From the NCBI GenBank assembly GCA_036867785.1, contig CP145417.1:372001-436000 (forward strand): a stretch of 64,000 nt of DNA, read 5' to 3'. Below the pieces are notes generated by a model. The model ran no database searches. It had not been told where the DNA came from and worked only from the letters and a program-made list of their open reading frames with translations. The translations under genes were made by a program, and so were the position numbers. The stretch comes from Plasmodiophora brassicae. Taxonomy: Eukaryota. Shown piece by piece: positions 1 through 11,929 of the stretch; the stretch's first letter is position 1; every line of letters starts with the position of its first letter.

Positions 1-656
1 GTTCGGGACCCCAATATCGCAAACGGTCGTATCGATCATGTATATCTTCATTCAGAAGGTACTTCCACGCCGTTTTCCAGAGCCAGTGACATGCGACGAC
101 TAATTGGATGCCAGCCGTTTGACGTTGGCGATCGTCTGCGGATCGACAAAGACGAATTCATCGTCCAGAAAATGAACCTGTTGACCACCACGCTGAGGAG
201 CGATGATAACAGTCTCCGGGTTGTGGTCAACCAGCAGCTTGCCAACAGCCCGCTCACGAACCTGAGTCGAACGTCCTCAGCCATCGTCATCGTGAGCGTC
301 CAGGTAGGCACTCTGCAGGTCGGCTGTGGTGTGCTCTTGTGAATGATTTCGGGGTCCAGGTGCCCATTGAAATGTCGGCAGCGGCGATGAGGGACTTCCG
401 TACCCAGCTCTCCAACTTCCTCAGCATGAACGAAGACCAGTGGTTCCCAGTGCTGCATATCTTTGTCGTCGACTGCACTGGCGACAAAGGGCCCCTGTCC
501 CTGACAGTGCGCGCTCAGCTTCGCCTCGGTTGGGACGACGCCCAGCAGGCCTTGCTTTGCCGATCGCGATTCGTCGATAGCATTCGGCGCGCTTTGCTGG
601 CTAACACTGGCTCCAAAGTTGTTATCAATCCAGAGGACGAGGAGAAGGACGCTTGA
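1..656 (+). CDS. MscS-family mechanosensitive channel, 3' end (gene starts before the window)
   Basis: QPFDVGDRLRID...VQKMNLLTT...NQQLANSPLTNLSR matches the MscS beta domain; GT-AG intron 304-359 joins ORFs 91..342 and 339..656. Confidence 0.8.
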
Positions 657-799
657 GGAAGCGTCGCATCATCAGCTCGCGATAAACGATGACACACGCG
701 AACTGACACTGGACAAATATATGACCACGTTGAGCAATTTGATAGGTCCGCTCCCAACCTCATTGCGAACCTAGTATAGTGGTCGTCCAGGTTCCGACA

Positions 800-1969
800 C
801 ACTACGTTCCCGATCCTCCACCGCTGTAGCGGCTACTTTGTTTATACCAGCAGCACCGTGCCCCAACCCAAATGGTACTGACACACAGTGCTTGGTCACA
901 AGAATAGCTGATGCTGGATTGCTGGTACCGATAGGGTGTGGCAAGTTGGGGAGGCGATCCTCTGTTGAACGTACCTAGATGAATACAGTGCCCCGAGTGT
1001 GTTGTATTCGAGCGACCCGCTGAAGGCGTGGTCACTGCACCGCAGGACGATGCCCCTAGCCGGCCTCGTCTTCAACGGCAAACGAAACCCTTTCCTAAAC
1101 TTTCGATGCCAGTTCCCGAGCACACAGAACGTGGTCGGCGACATGGATGCGTTGACATAAGATCGAGAAATGCCCCAGGCCCGTTACAAACAGCTGATAT
1201 GGACGTCCGCAACGACAGCCAGGTCGCCAGAGCGTGTTCGAAAGTCGTATGCTTCATCCAGCGTGTCAACAGCGAATAGCTGTTGTGAACTGCAGCGAGC
1301 AGATGACATCTTCTCCAGTGGTCGGCCTCCACATCAGCGCGACATCTCCGTCAAGATGCTGCCGGCGCCCATGGTATGTCCTTTGCGTGCGGCCATCTCT
1401 GTCGCCGCGTTGAAACACGCGTTCATACCAAGCGTTCGACCCAGGTCATTGGCCTGTTTCACTCTCATCGATCACTGCCCTGTTCGTAATATCGCATTCC
1501 GACGCATTACCAGACTGTATTGACTGCGCTGCCATCTGGGCCAGAGGAACAGCTGCTCCTCTGGCTCAGTTGGCAATACATTCTAGGGAAGTCCAACGTG
1601 TCAGCGTGGTCTACCCTTTGGATAGGAGCATACCCGCAGCGGTACGGCGCAATAGGGAACCCGCGATGAGGCCCATGAGCACTCGCCGGCGTGGATCTCA
1701 CAGAAGAACACACTTCAACAGGGTTCCGAACTGGAAACCCTTATGACACCGGCAACGGTATCATCTGGTAATCACTCATCAGTTGGAGAAGCGTGCTCGA
1801 GCCCGAGCAAGCAGGTTTGCGTTTATGAAAACTCAAGAACCTGAACCGTTTGGGCCCATGGAATACTGAAGCCCCAACGCTTCTCTACATGGGGGAGGGG
1901 GACCTCGATGTCCTCCTCTGCGGATTGCCAGTCGCAAAGAGGGGGATGAGGACTGATACTGGGTGCCAT
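800..1969 (-). CDS. possible multi-exon hypothetical protein
   Basis: ATG at ~1969 (MAPSISPHPPLCDWQSAEEDIEVPLPH) followed by short open stretches separated by GT..AG-like segments; no recognisable domain; boundaries uncertain. Confidence 0.25.
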
Positions 1970-2308
1970 CGTCGTCGCCGCCGCGTCCCGATCGCCGCCC
2001 GCGCCCCACCGACAATCCTACCGTTTGCCGCGAGGTTGCTACAAGAACGTACGTCCGAATGGTCCGGCACCAACAGGATGACAGGCGATGGAACTCGTCC
2101 TAATTGCGCGCCATCCGGTTCTTAGCAGAGTACACGATGATGGATGAAGGCACCGTCCGAATTACCATGCCCTGCAACGAATCCCAATGCCGACCCTGCC
2201 TTCGCGTGTCGAGGTCTACTTTGCTCTCCTCGGGAATCGGGACATGTACAATGGTCCAGGGTTGCATGCAACCAGCGCACAGGAACGAGAAGGGTTTGTG
2301 TATTTGGT

Positions 2309-3760
2309 TTAGGAGGCAGCATGCGCGACGTAGAGGCGCGCGACGTTGGCGCCTTCGACGATGGGCGGCCGTCGGTACTGTCTCGGGGCGCGCGACACTT
2401 CGCGCACGTTGACGCGCCCGTTGACGATCAGCAGGGCGTTCTAGCCGTCGACGCTGTCGTCCCGCACGCTGATGCCGTCCATGTACGCGGACAACAGCGC
2501 CTTGATCTGGGCGTTCTCCTTGCGTACCGCGTCGCGCTCGTCGCGTGCCCTCAGGACATCGAGACGCGCCTCGCTCAGCTTGCCGATGAACGCCGACATG
2601 GCCGATGACGGGTCCGCGATCGGTGCCCGGATCGATACGCCCGCCTTCTCTGTCCCCGTCTGCGCCTTGCTGATCAGGTCGGCGAGCTTCAGAATCCGTT
2701 GACAACTGTCCAGGTGCGTCTGCATCTCCCCGAACCGCGCCCGCGATCGTTTCGCCACCTCCTTCAGGTTGTTCGACTCCGACGACCGGACTCGGCGGAT
2801 GCGCTCCTGGAGGTCCTGGTAATGCCCGTACAGGATATTCTTCTCATTGTGCATCGCTTGCAGGGCGGAACGTCCTTCGGTCGACCTTCTGCTCAGCTTC
2901 TTGCGGCACGCTTGGATCGCTGCCGTCGTCCGTTCGATCATCTCGACCTGCCGTTCGATCTGGACCGACATGGCCTTGTCGCTCGCCTTCAGGGCGTTGA
3001 ACTCCCTGGTGCGCTCTTCCGTCGACTCCATGTACGTCTGGTGCGCATCGTCGAACTTGCCCTCGAGCTTCTCGATCGTCGCGTTCGTCGCCACTCGCAG
3101 CATGTGAATGGCCTCGAGACTTCGGTTCCGTTGCGCTTCCCGCTCGGTATCGAATCCCTGAATCTGGGCAGCGGATCGCGTCTGGTCCTCCGCCCAGATC
3201 TCGTCCATCGTCGCCTTCATGTGCGTCACGGCGGCCAGATGGTCGTCTTGGATGGCGGACGCCTCCGTGTCCATGTCGGCCCGGACGCGTTCGATAATGG
3301 CGTCCCAGGCATGCTTCTGCGTCAGGAGGCACGTGTCGAACAGGCTCAGGATCCGGTCGACCTGCTCCGAGGTCCCTGTTCTTGCCGAGCGCGTCTGCTC
3401 TTCGATGGCAGCGTAATCGCCCATCATCCTCCGATACTTCAAGCCCAGGATCTCGCCGGTCTGCAGGGCGTCGAAGAAGCGCACCTCCTTCTCGTCGCGG
3501 AGCTCACCGGCCACCAACGTTCTCATCAGCGATCGCCATCGCGCGGTAGCTCGTCGGTAGGAGACATGCTCGCCTGCCTTACACTCGGCAGCGTTCACCA
3601 ACAGCTTGTTCAGCTTGTCACTGAGGACGCGCTTGTCCTTGGCATACTGCTCCAGCTGGGTCAGGTTCTTGTTAACGGAAGTCACCGACTCCAGGATCGT
3701 CTTCGTTGCTATCCCGGCGCCTTTCAGCGGCTTGCCCAGCTGGGCACCACCGCGACCCAT
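2309..3760 (-). CDS. DRC2: Dynein regulatory complex subunit 2 (CCDC65-like) coiled-coil protein, with in-frame TAG at 2441-2443
   Basis: KFDDAHQTYMESTEERTREFNALKASDK, RILKLADLISK, ENAQIKALLSAYMDGISV and the post-stop NALLIVN resemble CCDC65/DRC2 motifs. Confidence 0.7.
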
Positions 3761-4005
3761 CTCCCACCAACCACTTTCAAGCCTTGCCAAACGGTTGGAC
3801 CCGATCGGGTACCTCGACGTATAACGGCAGAGCAGAGTCAGAGCGCCCATGTCCGCCGAGCGATCGAGAACTGTACGGCGCCTGCTAATCAATTCTATGA
3901 CAATACCGCTGATGATGGAACGACTCGACAGTAGACTTGTTTAGAATTGAAGGGTGTTGATTAAACACCGTTGGGACTTGAACAACGCTAGTAATGGGAG
4001 ACGAT

Positions 4006-4377
4006 TTAGGCGGACGACTGCGTGTACTTGGTGACCGCCTTGGTGCCTTCCGAGACGGCGTGCTTGGCGAGTTCACCGGGCAGGATCAGACGGACGGAGG
4101 TCTGGATCTCGCGCGACGACAGCGTCGACTTGGAGTTGTAGCGCGCAAGGCGCCCGGCCTCAAGCGCAATGCGCTCGAAGATGTCGTTGATGAACGAGTT
4201 CATGATGGACATGGCACGACGCGAGATACCCGTGTCAGGGTGGACCTGCTTCAGGACCTTGTAGATGTACGTCGCGTACGACTCGACGCGCTTCTTGTGG
4301 CGCTTCGAGCCCTTGCTGGGCTGCTTCGCCGTCTTGCCGGCGGCCTTGGTCGCACTCGGGGCCTTCTTTGGCGGCAT
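4006..4377 (-). CDS. H2B: Histone H2B
   Basis: [21 protein letters not shown]...[30 protein letters not shown]; intronless, 123 aa. Confidence 0.99.
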   Translation of the reverse strand: MPPKKAPSATKAAGKTAKQPSKGSKRHKKRVESYATYIYKVLKQVHPDTGISRRAMSIMNSFINDIFERIALEAGRLARYNSKSTLSSREIQTSVRLILPGELAKHAVSEGTKAVTKYTQSSA

Positions 4378-5119
4378 GGTTCACTGGTCTGGCTTCGAAC
4401 GTTGATGTCACACGACCACACACACAATACGGTTATGACGGCAACAGCGGCGCGGCTGAGCGCATCGATCACGGACATTCGACGCCGGGGCGGCGGACAG
4501 GGCTGCGCGACCCCCCTGGGCGCCCCGCGTGTCCGCGCGCCAAACTCGACCGCGCGCCTGGCTCCTGAAGGGCACAAACCGGCGCCGACCAACAGATTCC
4601 CAGTTAGGATCGCAGCGCGCCAAAATCCTCACGGGCGGGACTGACTGACGTCCGAGACTGAGCGTCAATGCCCCAGAGCCGACGTCTTCCCCCTGAACAC
4701 TACCCCTGGCAGTCGAGGTGACTACATAGCTGTGGGCGAACGTGGATCGTGAACTGTGACGCCCGGGGACCCGTAGACATGGCAGGGCGCGAATGTACAC
4801 CGAAACTTGGGTTGTGAACAGCGATGCCTCGCTGGCACCCCCAGAGCGAGAGCACAGAAACTTATTATTAATGGACTTGCTTGACCAGGCGACTTCATAA
4901 TACACGTGCGAACGCCCCAAGCACAACAATGTTGTCCTCCAGATGACGCGATGATTAACCAATAACATACAGTAGGTGCACAGCGTGGGATGATGTCGCA
5001 GGGGCAAACGCCGCCAATATCAGGACAGTTTGCGCCTGCTGGTCGGTCGGAGTTTCGGCCCGGAATCGGACGAATGCAACAGTAATACAAGGTTGGATAC
5101 GACTGGTGAACTGGCGCGA

Positions 5120-6377
5120 ATGGTGGCGAAAGGTCCCAAGACGATGAGGGCGGCTGTGGTGACCGGCTTCGGTCAGCCGGTCGAGATCCAGGAGGACTTC
5201 GCCGTGCCGGACCTGAAGCCATGGGAAGTTCTTGTGAAGATCGAGTATAGTGGCGTGTGCTTCACTGACCTGCACACGACACGCGGGGACTGGGTCGCTA
5301 AGCCGCTCCTTCCTGTCGTTATCGGCCACGAAGGCACTGGGACCATCTTTGCCCTCGGCGAGACCGCCCAGGCCAAGAACAGTATGACGGTCGGCGACCC
5401 GGTGGGGATATCCTGGGTTCATGGCGCCTGCGGTCACTGCGACGCTTGTCTTAGTGGATGGTATGTATTGTATATGCTTGTTAAAGGGGTTATCGATGCT
5501 GGCTGACGTTGCGATCCAGGGAATCCGTTTGTGCTCGCTTGGAGCCAGTTGGGTTTTCTCGTAACGGGCACGTGAATAACTCTACGCTTAGTGTTGGCAT
5601 AATATCGACTGTATTTGCTGCAGATGCCATGCTGAATACGTTGCCGTCGACGCCCAACATGTCATCAAGATCCCCAGCCATATGTCGTTGGCGCATGCGG
5701 CTCCAGTCATGTGTGCTGGCGTGACTGCCTACAAGGGCCTCAAGCTTAGCCGCGTTCGCCCTGGACAATGGGTTGTCATTTTCGGTGCCGGTGGCGGCAT
5801 TGGACACCTCGCTGTTCAGTACGCACGAGCAATGGGAATGAAGGTGCATGATAGTCGGATTCGGTTTCACGTGTTACAATAAGCGAACGACCTGATTGGT
5901 CAGGTCTGTGCGGTAGACCAAGGTCGCGATCGTATCCAGGACCTAATGGACGTCAAGGATGAACGTCGCAGGCCGCACGTTGCAATCGACTCGTACCTGG
6001 AATCGAACCTGATCAACAAGTTGAAGACAGTCTGTCACCCAGAAGGACCTCATGGCGCTCTGGTGGTCGCTCCTAATCTGGAGACGTATGGGACGGCGCT
6101 GTCGACGATTCGGCCTCGCGGCGTCGTCGTCGCTCTGTCGATCCCACCCGGGGGGTCGCTCCCTATCAACCCGGCTGACCTCGTCCTACACAGCAAGACC
6201 ATCGTTGGCAGCGTTACCGGAAGCCGACTCGATCTCATTGAGGCGCTACGGTTCGCCAACGAAGGCAAAGTCGTGTGCAAAATCGCTGAACGCTCGCTGG
6301 ATGACCTGAACGACGCATTTGACGATATCGAAGCCCACGAAGTCACTGGATGCATCGTCTTACGCATCGCCGATTGA
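5120..6377 (+). CDS. Zinc-dependent alcohol dehydrogenase (MDR family, AdhP/ADH1-like), multi-exon
   Basis: GVCFTDLH, GHEGTG, ACGHCDACLSG structural Zn site, APVMCAGVTAYK, GAGGGIG Rossmann motif, IVGSVTG. Confidence 0.93.
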
Positions 6378-6636
6378 ATTTGACAGTCGCGTAGAACTGC
6401 CGATCGGGGAACGCATCCGTGAAAACGTCCCAAATACATGAAGGGGGTTTCCGCAGCCGCAGTTCTCTCTGCCTTTGACTGCAAAGAACGTACACCTGCG
6501 CGGAACTGATTCGCAAGACTGTTGACACGGGGAAGTGCGCGTACGAGGCCGACTGCGCAAAACTGCGACGCACAGCGCACATGCGCGTGGCAGCGACGTC
6601 AAATCGACCCGGAAGCAGACTGTGATTCCCCCGTAC

Positions 6637-7171
6637 ATGGCGATGCTCCTGCTGCTGCAGGTTACTACTGCTTACCTTATATTCTTTGCTGTTTTGGGCG
6701 CTGCTGCCGGAGTTGACCCAATCAAGGACGTTGCTGCCGGGTGGAATGCAACCCTCGCAGGCCACGCAGGGCAAACTTCACGGGTTCCGGCTGATGTCGA
6801 CAGTCCCGACATCGAAGGCGTATGCGCGGTATGTCACGAACCACTTCCGCCAGCCCATGAACGACTGTGCACACCCTGCAACCATGAGTTCCACTCAAGG
6901 TGCTTCAATCAGGTACGCTGTGCGATACTGGGACGTTGCCGTCGCCAGCTGTGCTGACGCGACGCGCGTTCGCCAGTGGATAGAGGATCCAGAGCATCAG
7001 ACGTGCCCGATGTGTCGCAGGGAGATCCTTACGCGGTTGGTGCTGTGCACAACGGCTCTGACCGACATTCGCCGTAATGGTGACGGTAGCGTGAGGAGTT
7101 ACTGTCGCGTCAAGAAGCCGTGCCGTCGAATGGTCCCTCCAGAGCTGGTGGCCCTGCGCCATATGGAATAG
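6637..7171 (+). CDS. Small RING-H2 E3 ubiquitin ligase with N-terminal hydrophobic signal sequence
   Basis: MAMLLLLQVTTAYLIFFAVLGAAAG; CAVC...CNHEFHSRC + intron 6913-6976 + WIEDPEHQTCPMC gives a complete C3H2C3 RING. Confidence 0.85.
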
Positions 7172-7327
7172 TAAACAGTCACGCGATCGGTCATGCCGAT
7201 CTGTAGATATTTCCCGCCGGGAATATCTTATCCTATCCGACGTTCACCCATATCTCTTAGCACCGCGGTCGCCAGCGCTCTATGACACTGTCCCGTAAGT
7301 GAGTCCCGCCGACCCAGGGTTCAGGCA

Positions 7328-9085
7328 ATGGACGCAAGCGACCATGACGTGGTCGCGCCCCCTGAATCGGCTCCCGACGTGCCGTCGCCGAAGTCGCTGT
7401 CCGATGACGTATTTGTGGGCAAAGAGTCGCCCGTGGCGTCCAGCAAGGACAAGTGCGACGAGCCGGTCGACGAGAAGAAGGGGGCGGCGATCGAGATCGC
7501 CGCAGATGGCGCACAGGCGCTAAACGAGATCGAGACGGGCGCCGGCGACAGTGACAATCAGAAGGAGCCGAGCAGCAACCCGGACAGCCTGTCGCCCGAC
7601 CGCGTCTCCAATCAGTTCGTCGCGCGTCACGATGCGAACATTGGCGAGAAGGTCGACATCACGCCGCAGCGAGCCGCCCTGTACAAGGACACGGGCGAGG
7701 AGGAGATCCACGAACCCCCGGAACTCGTCTCCGATACCGTCCAACGCGAACCCGACATCGTTCGACAAACGCGACAGGCGTCCGTCGGCCAGTCGTCGCA
7801 CGACCCGAGAAAGTCGCTCTCGGTCGTCGTCGTCGAGCTCAGTGCGACGCGAGCGGTTCAAACGCCCCTGTCCATGTCCAAGTTCTCGCTGCAGTCGGGT
7901 ACGTTCCGACCGTCAAAGACGTTACACCCTCCACTGACGCCGATCAGGGTACTATGGGATGCAAGGTCGGCGCCCGACAATGGAGGATTTCCATGCCCAG
8001 ATCCAGCACCCCGAGTTCAATAAGTATTGGGCGGATGATGCGCTCAATGGTGGCGGTGCTGACGATGGAACGCAGTCTAGTGCCGGCTGTGGACCTGGAC
8101 GGGAGGCAGCGTCACTTCTTTGCGATCTACGATGGGCACGGAGGCCCATGGTGCGCCGAGTACTGCTCCAGGACCCTTCACCAGAACCTGATCCGCAATC
8201 CCCTGTTCAAAGACGACAGCAAGAAGGCGTTGCACGATGCCGTTGTCGAGACTGACGATACGTTCTGCGCCTTAATCAGGTACAAATCCGCATCCTCCTC
8301 CTCCGCATCTCGTAGCTCGCTCTGAACGGCATCCGTTAGGGATAAGGGGCTCTCTGAGAGCTCCGGCACGACGGCTATTGTTGCATATATCGTCGACGAC
8401 CTGCTCCTTGTCGCTAATGTAGGGGACTCCAGAGCGGTGATGTGTCGAGCAGGTCAGCGGGGATAACGTTTCTGTCATTGGGCGAGACTGTGACCGTCAG
8501 GCAGGAACGGCGGTCTCGTTATCGCAAGATCACAAACCGAACCGGAAGGACGAGCGGGCGCGTATTCTGGAGATGGGAGGGTTCGTTGGCAGAACGTTGA
8601 GCCAGGCCAGAGCGGAAGCTGGGCCCGGTGGGGTCATCTGGTCAAACATGTGCAATTGCGCGTGTCTCCAGGCGGCCGGCCCTGGCATTCCTCCCTATCG
8701 GGTCTACCCTGGTAACGACCGCGATATATAGGGAAGCCAACGCCACGCTGACGTGGTGGCAGGTGGGCTGGCGATATCTCGCAGCATCGGCGATCTGGAG
8801 ATGAAGGCGACCAGACTCGTCGTTAACACGCCAGAGATTGCTGAGGTGCCGCTGACGGATGCGGACGAGTTCATAATACTGGCGTGCGACGGTGTCTGGG
8901 ACGTGCTGTCGAACGACGAGGCGGTCAAGCATGTGCGGGCGTTCCGGAAGCGGATGGGCGAACATCCGATGGAGGCGGCCAAGCATCTGGCAACGCTGGC
9001 GTTTAGCGAGGGCAGTACCGACAATATCTCGGTGCTGGTCATCTTCCTCGGCAAGCACGATGCACCAATGAACCCCACTCCATGA
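7328..9085 (+). CDS. Protein phosphatase 2C (PPM family) with acidic N-terminal extension, multi-exon
   Basis: [63 protein letters not shown]. Confidence 0.93.
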
Positions 9086-9495
9086 TGGTCGTGGACGCGC
9101 CAGCGTTTGTTCCGGCCACGTTATACACGTTGTGCGGCAGTATTAGGTTATCCAGAACGATGCTTCAGGCAAGCCCAATCGTGGTTTCGTCAGTGCGAAT
9201 AGAGTGATGTCCTGGTCACGAACGCATTCAAGGTCACCATTGCCCTTGGCCTCGGCGGCGTCCCAGAACCGGGTGTGGCAGAGTCCCGCTCGTAGGAAAA
9301 CTGTTACGTAGGGACTCTGCAGAGCGTGCGCCCCTGCGAAAGCGCCGACCAATCGTCAACACCCGCAGGTGGAATGCAAACCGCTCCGAACGAACCTGCG
9401 ATCTTCTACGGGTTCAACCACTGCGATGAGTCTATCCACTTCAATCTGCAGACAGCAAACGAATTACTGGGAGGCTTATGGTAAGATTAACGGAG

Positions 9496-11490
9496 TCATA
9501 TTAAATCGAGAGGCTCGCCGTCGATGTCCTCATCGTCGGAGTCAAGGCCAAGCGCCTCGCCGTCGATGTCGACTTCTTCCTGTAGGGGGGTCGGCGGCGC
9601 CTTCCCGACAAACTTCTCTTCCAGTTGTTCAATGAACTCGCTCGGATAGAGAGACCAGGAGTGCCAGACGCGCAAGACTCGGACGACGCGTTCCTTCATG
9701 TGCTCCGCTGATAGACGCCCGTCGATCGCAGCGTATACCTCGTGTAGGCGATCAAACATGGCGTCCAACCGGTTCTGGAACTGGGTACGATAGTTCCAGG
9801 CGTTCCGCACGGTAGCAGACGACGAATTGTGAAGAACGTCGGAGACGAGATACAGCAATGCGATTGCATGTGGAATAGGTTCCTTCTCGTCTCCCCTGAG
9901 GCATACAGGTCAGCGCCCAATGCATCACGGCGGGACCCGTTTCGCATACCTCATGAGACGTGCTTCGATTTCGGCGGCAACATCGGCAGAATGGTCAGCA
10001 TGATCTAGCGCGAACGCCATAGCCATCGCGATTCGATACCGATCTGATGAAGATGCATGAAGCGCGGCAACAGCCGAGGCGACAACGTTCCTACCTGTAC
10101 TCAATGATGACAGCAGATCGTGGAGCTTCTCCTGGTTAGACCTGGAGAGTGACGACTTCGACTTTGCGCCATCCGACGAGGGCGCCGACTCGTCCGGTTG
10201 TCCAAGAGGCGGCGGAACCCATAATGGGCCGTGACAAGTCATTGCAAACGGCGCCGTTCGCCAGACATCCATGGTGTCTCCTTGAGACAGCGAATAAACC
10301 TTCCATCGGTAGTATACGTGCCCGGTCGAGCTCCGATCAAACAGGAATCGCCACTCCGGTTTCTCTTCCATCAAGGCCCTCTACAGACAACCGTTGAGCT
10401 GATGGAAACGATGCGGTCGTATAATGACGGGAACCTCAAACACAACGCCATGCTTTGCCGTGTACTGGGCTGCTAGATCAAGCCGAGCACGTTCGTCCCG
10501 GTCAACGGGGATGACCACGTTGATCTTGCAATGGTCTTTGGAGACAGTGAACGTCAAGTCAAGATTCGGTGCGGCTATATCAGCAGCGTGATTGATTGTG
10601 GACATTGGCGGCATGGGCAGAGCCTCGGCAGGTTGAGGGACAGCCTTGCCCCAGTTCATCCGCAGGGGCTGTCCTTCAAGGACGTAGCCCTGCAACTCCC
10701 GGAGAGCGTCGGCGGCGTCTTCACGACGCATGAAGGACACAAACCCGCACTTGCTTGATGTCGATCTTGCCGCCTCCTCCGAGCTTCGGGGCCACATCAC
10801 CTTCACAGATCCGATCGGGCCATACTTGCCGAATTCCAACAACAGCATCGTCTCGTTGACCGATGGTGCCAAATTTCCGACGTATAGGTTCGTCGACTGG
10901 ACGTCGCCATCATCTGCATGGGAACCTAATAGAAATCCTTCAGACCCCATCACACAGGGACCCCCGTCGCAACAGTTGTACCTCTGGGAGTCGACTGAAC
11001 CGGTGGTCTGGATGGTCGTTCACGCCGATCTTGTTCAGCCTCTCTATGCAGGACATTAGACAACATTGTTGAGTCCCACCTGAGCGGCACTAACTTCTTA
11101 AGCTCCTCAAGGAAAAGGTCAATATTCTTCGTCTTCTTCTGCTTTCTCAGAGGCCCGGCCTCGACAGGAGGAATCTGGGCAGGCTGATCGGCGGGTCCGT
11201 CCAGTCCTGTCCGTCGTCGTGTCGCCTCACCGGCACGAACGAACGATCTGCCTGACGACGAAGAGTCCGGCCCGCCTTCAAACGACGAAACAAAGGATTC
11301 GTATACGGCAGCTTGTTCAGCTTCCTCTCGCTAACGTACGGTATCAGCATCAGAGCCTGTGCCCGCGTGGCAAATGATCCACCTTCTTCTTCTCCTCAAG
11401 CCGTCGCTTCTCTTCCTCGAACGGATTCCGCACCAGCGACCGCATTTCAAACACGTTAGGGCGCGGTCGCTGACTGCTCGACTTCTGATG
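9496..11490 (-). CDS. U2SURP: U2 snRNP-associated SURP domain protein (SR140): RRM + SURP + CID; start approximate
   Basis: STNLYVGNLAP...KVMWPRS...CGFVSFM RRM; HVYYRWKVYSLSQGD SURP; LYLVSDVLHNS...VLRVWHSWSLYP CID; C-terminal DIDGE repeats. Confidence 0.9.
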
Positions 11491-11929
11491 CACACACGTC
11501 AGCCGTCAACCGCCGCGCAACGTTCGCTCGCATCGCATGCTGAACCGATTTCGCCATGACGACCTGTTGCTTCGGCTCCATGCCACCGCCCAGCGCCGGA
11601 CTGATGCGGACTGCGCGTGCTGATCGCGTCGCCCGTTCGGTTTGCCGCCCGTCCGCTCTACGAACGACGCAGCCGCCGCCCGGAATGACGCACTCGTTTG
11701 GCTGCCAACCGGCTCACACTGCGGTCAGAACCGGCGGACCGTAACGCGTCGTAAGGAACGCGTATAGACCGCCAGGTCAGCAGCTGTACTGTCGGTGCGT
11801 CCCGTTTCACGACTAAAAACGTGTGCGGGGCTGACTTAAGTGGCGTCGGCATTGACGTCACGACTCAACGACGTGTGTGTGTGACGGATTTTTGGTGCCA
11901 TTTGGTCATTGGGACGACGTCTGGGGCCA

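Noticed and set aside
2441-2443. Alternative genetic code (TAG as sense)
   Set aside because: Only one instance; TAG ends other genes at expected positions and no other conserved domain is interrupted by TAG
2699-3934. 411-aa plus-strand ORF, and similar long antisense ORFs (3994-4644, 49904-50473, 55808-56695)
   Set aside because: Shadow frames opposite high-GC3 real genes; no motifs of their own
3900-4005. Histone 3' stem-loop after H2B
   Set aside because: No canonical GGYYYTTYTNARRRCC hairpin found downstream of the stop
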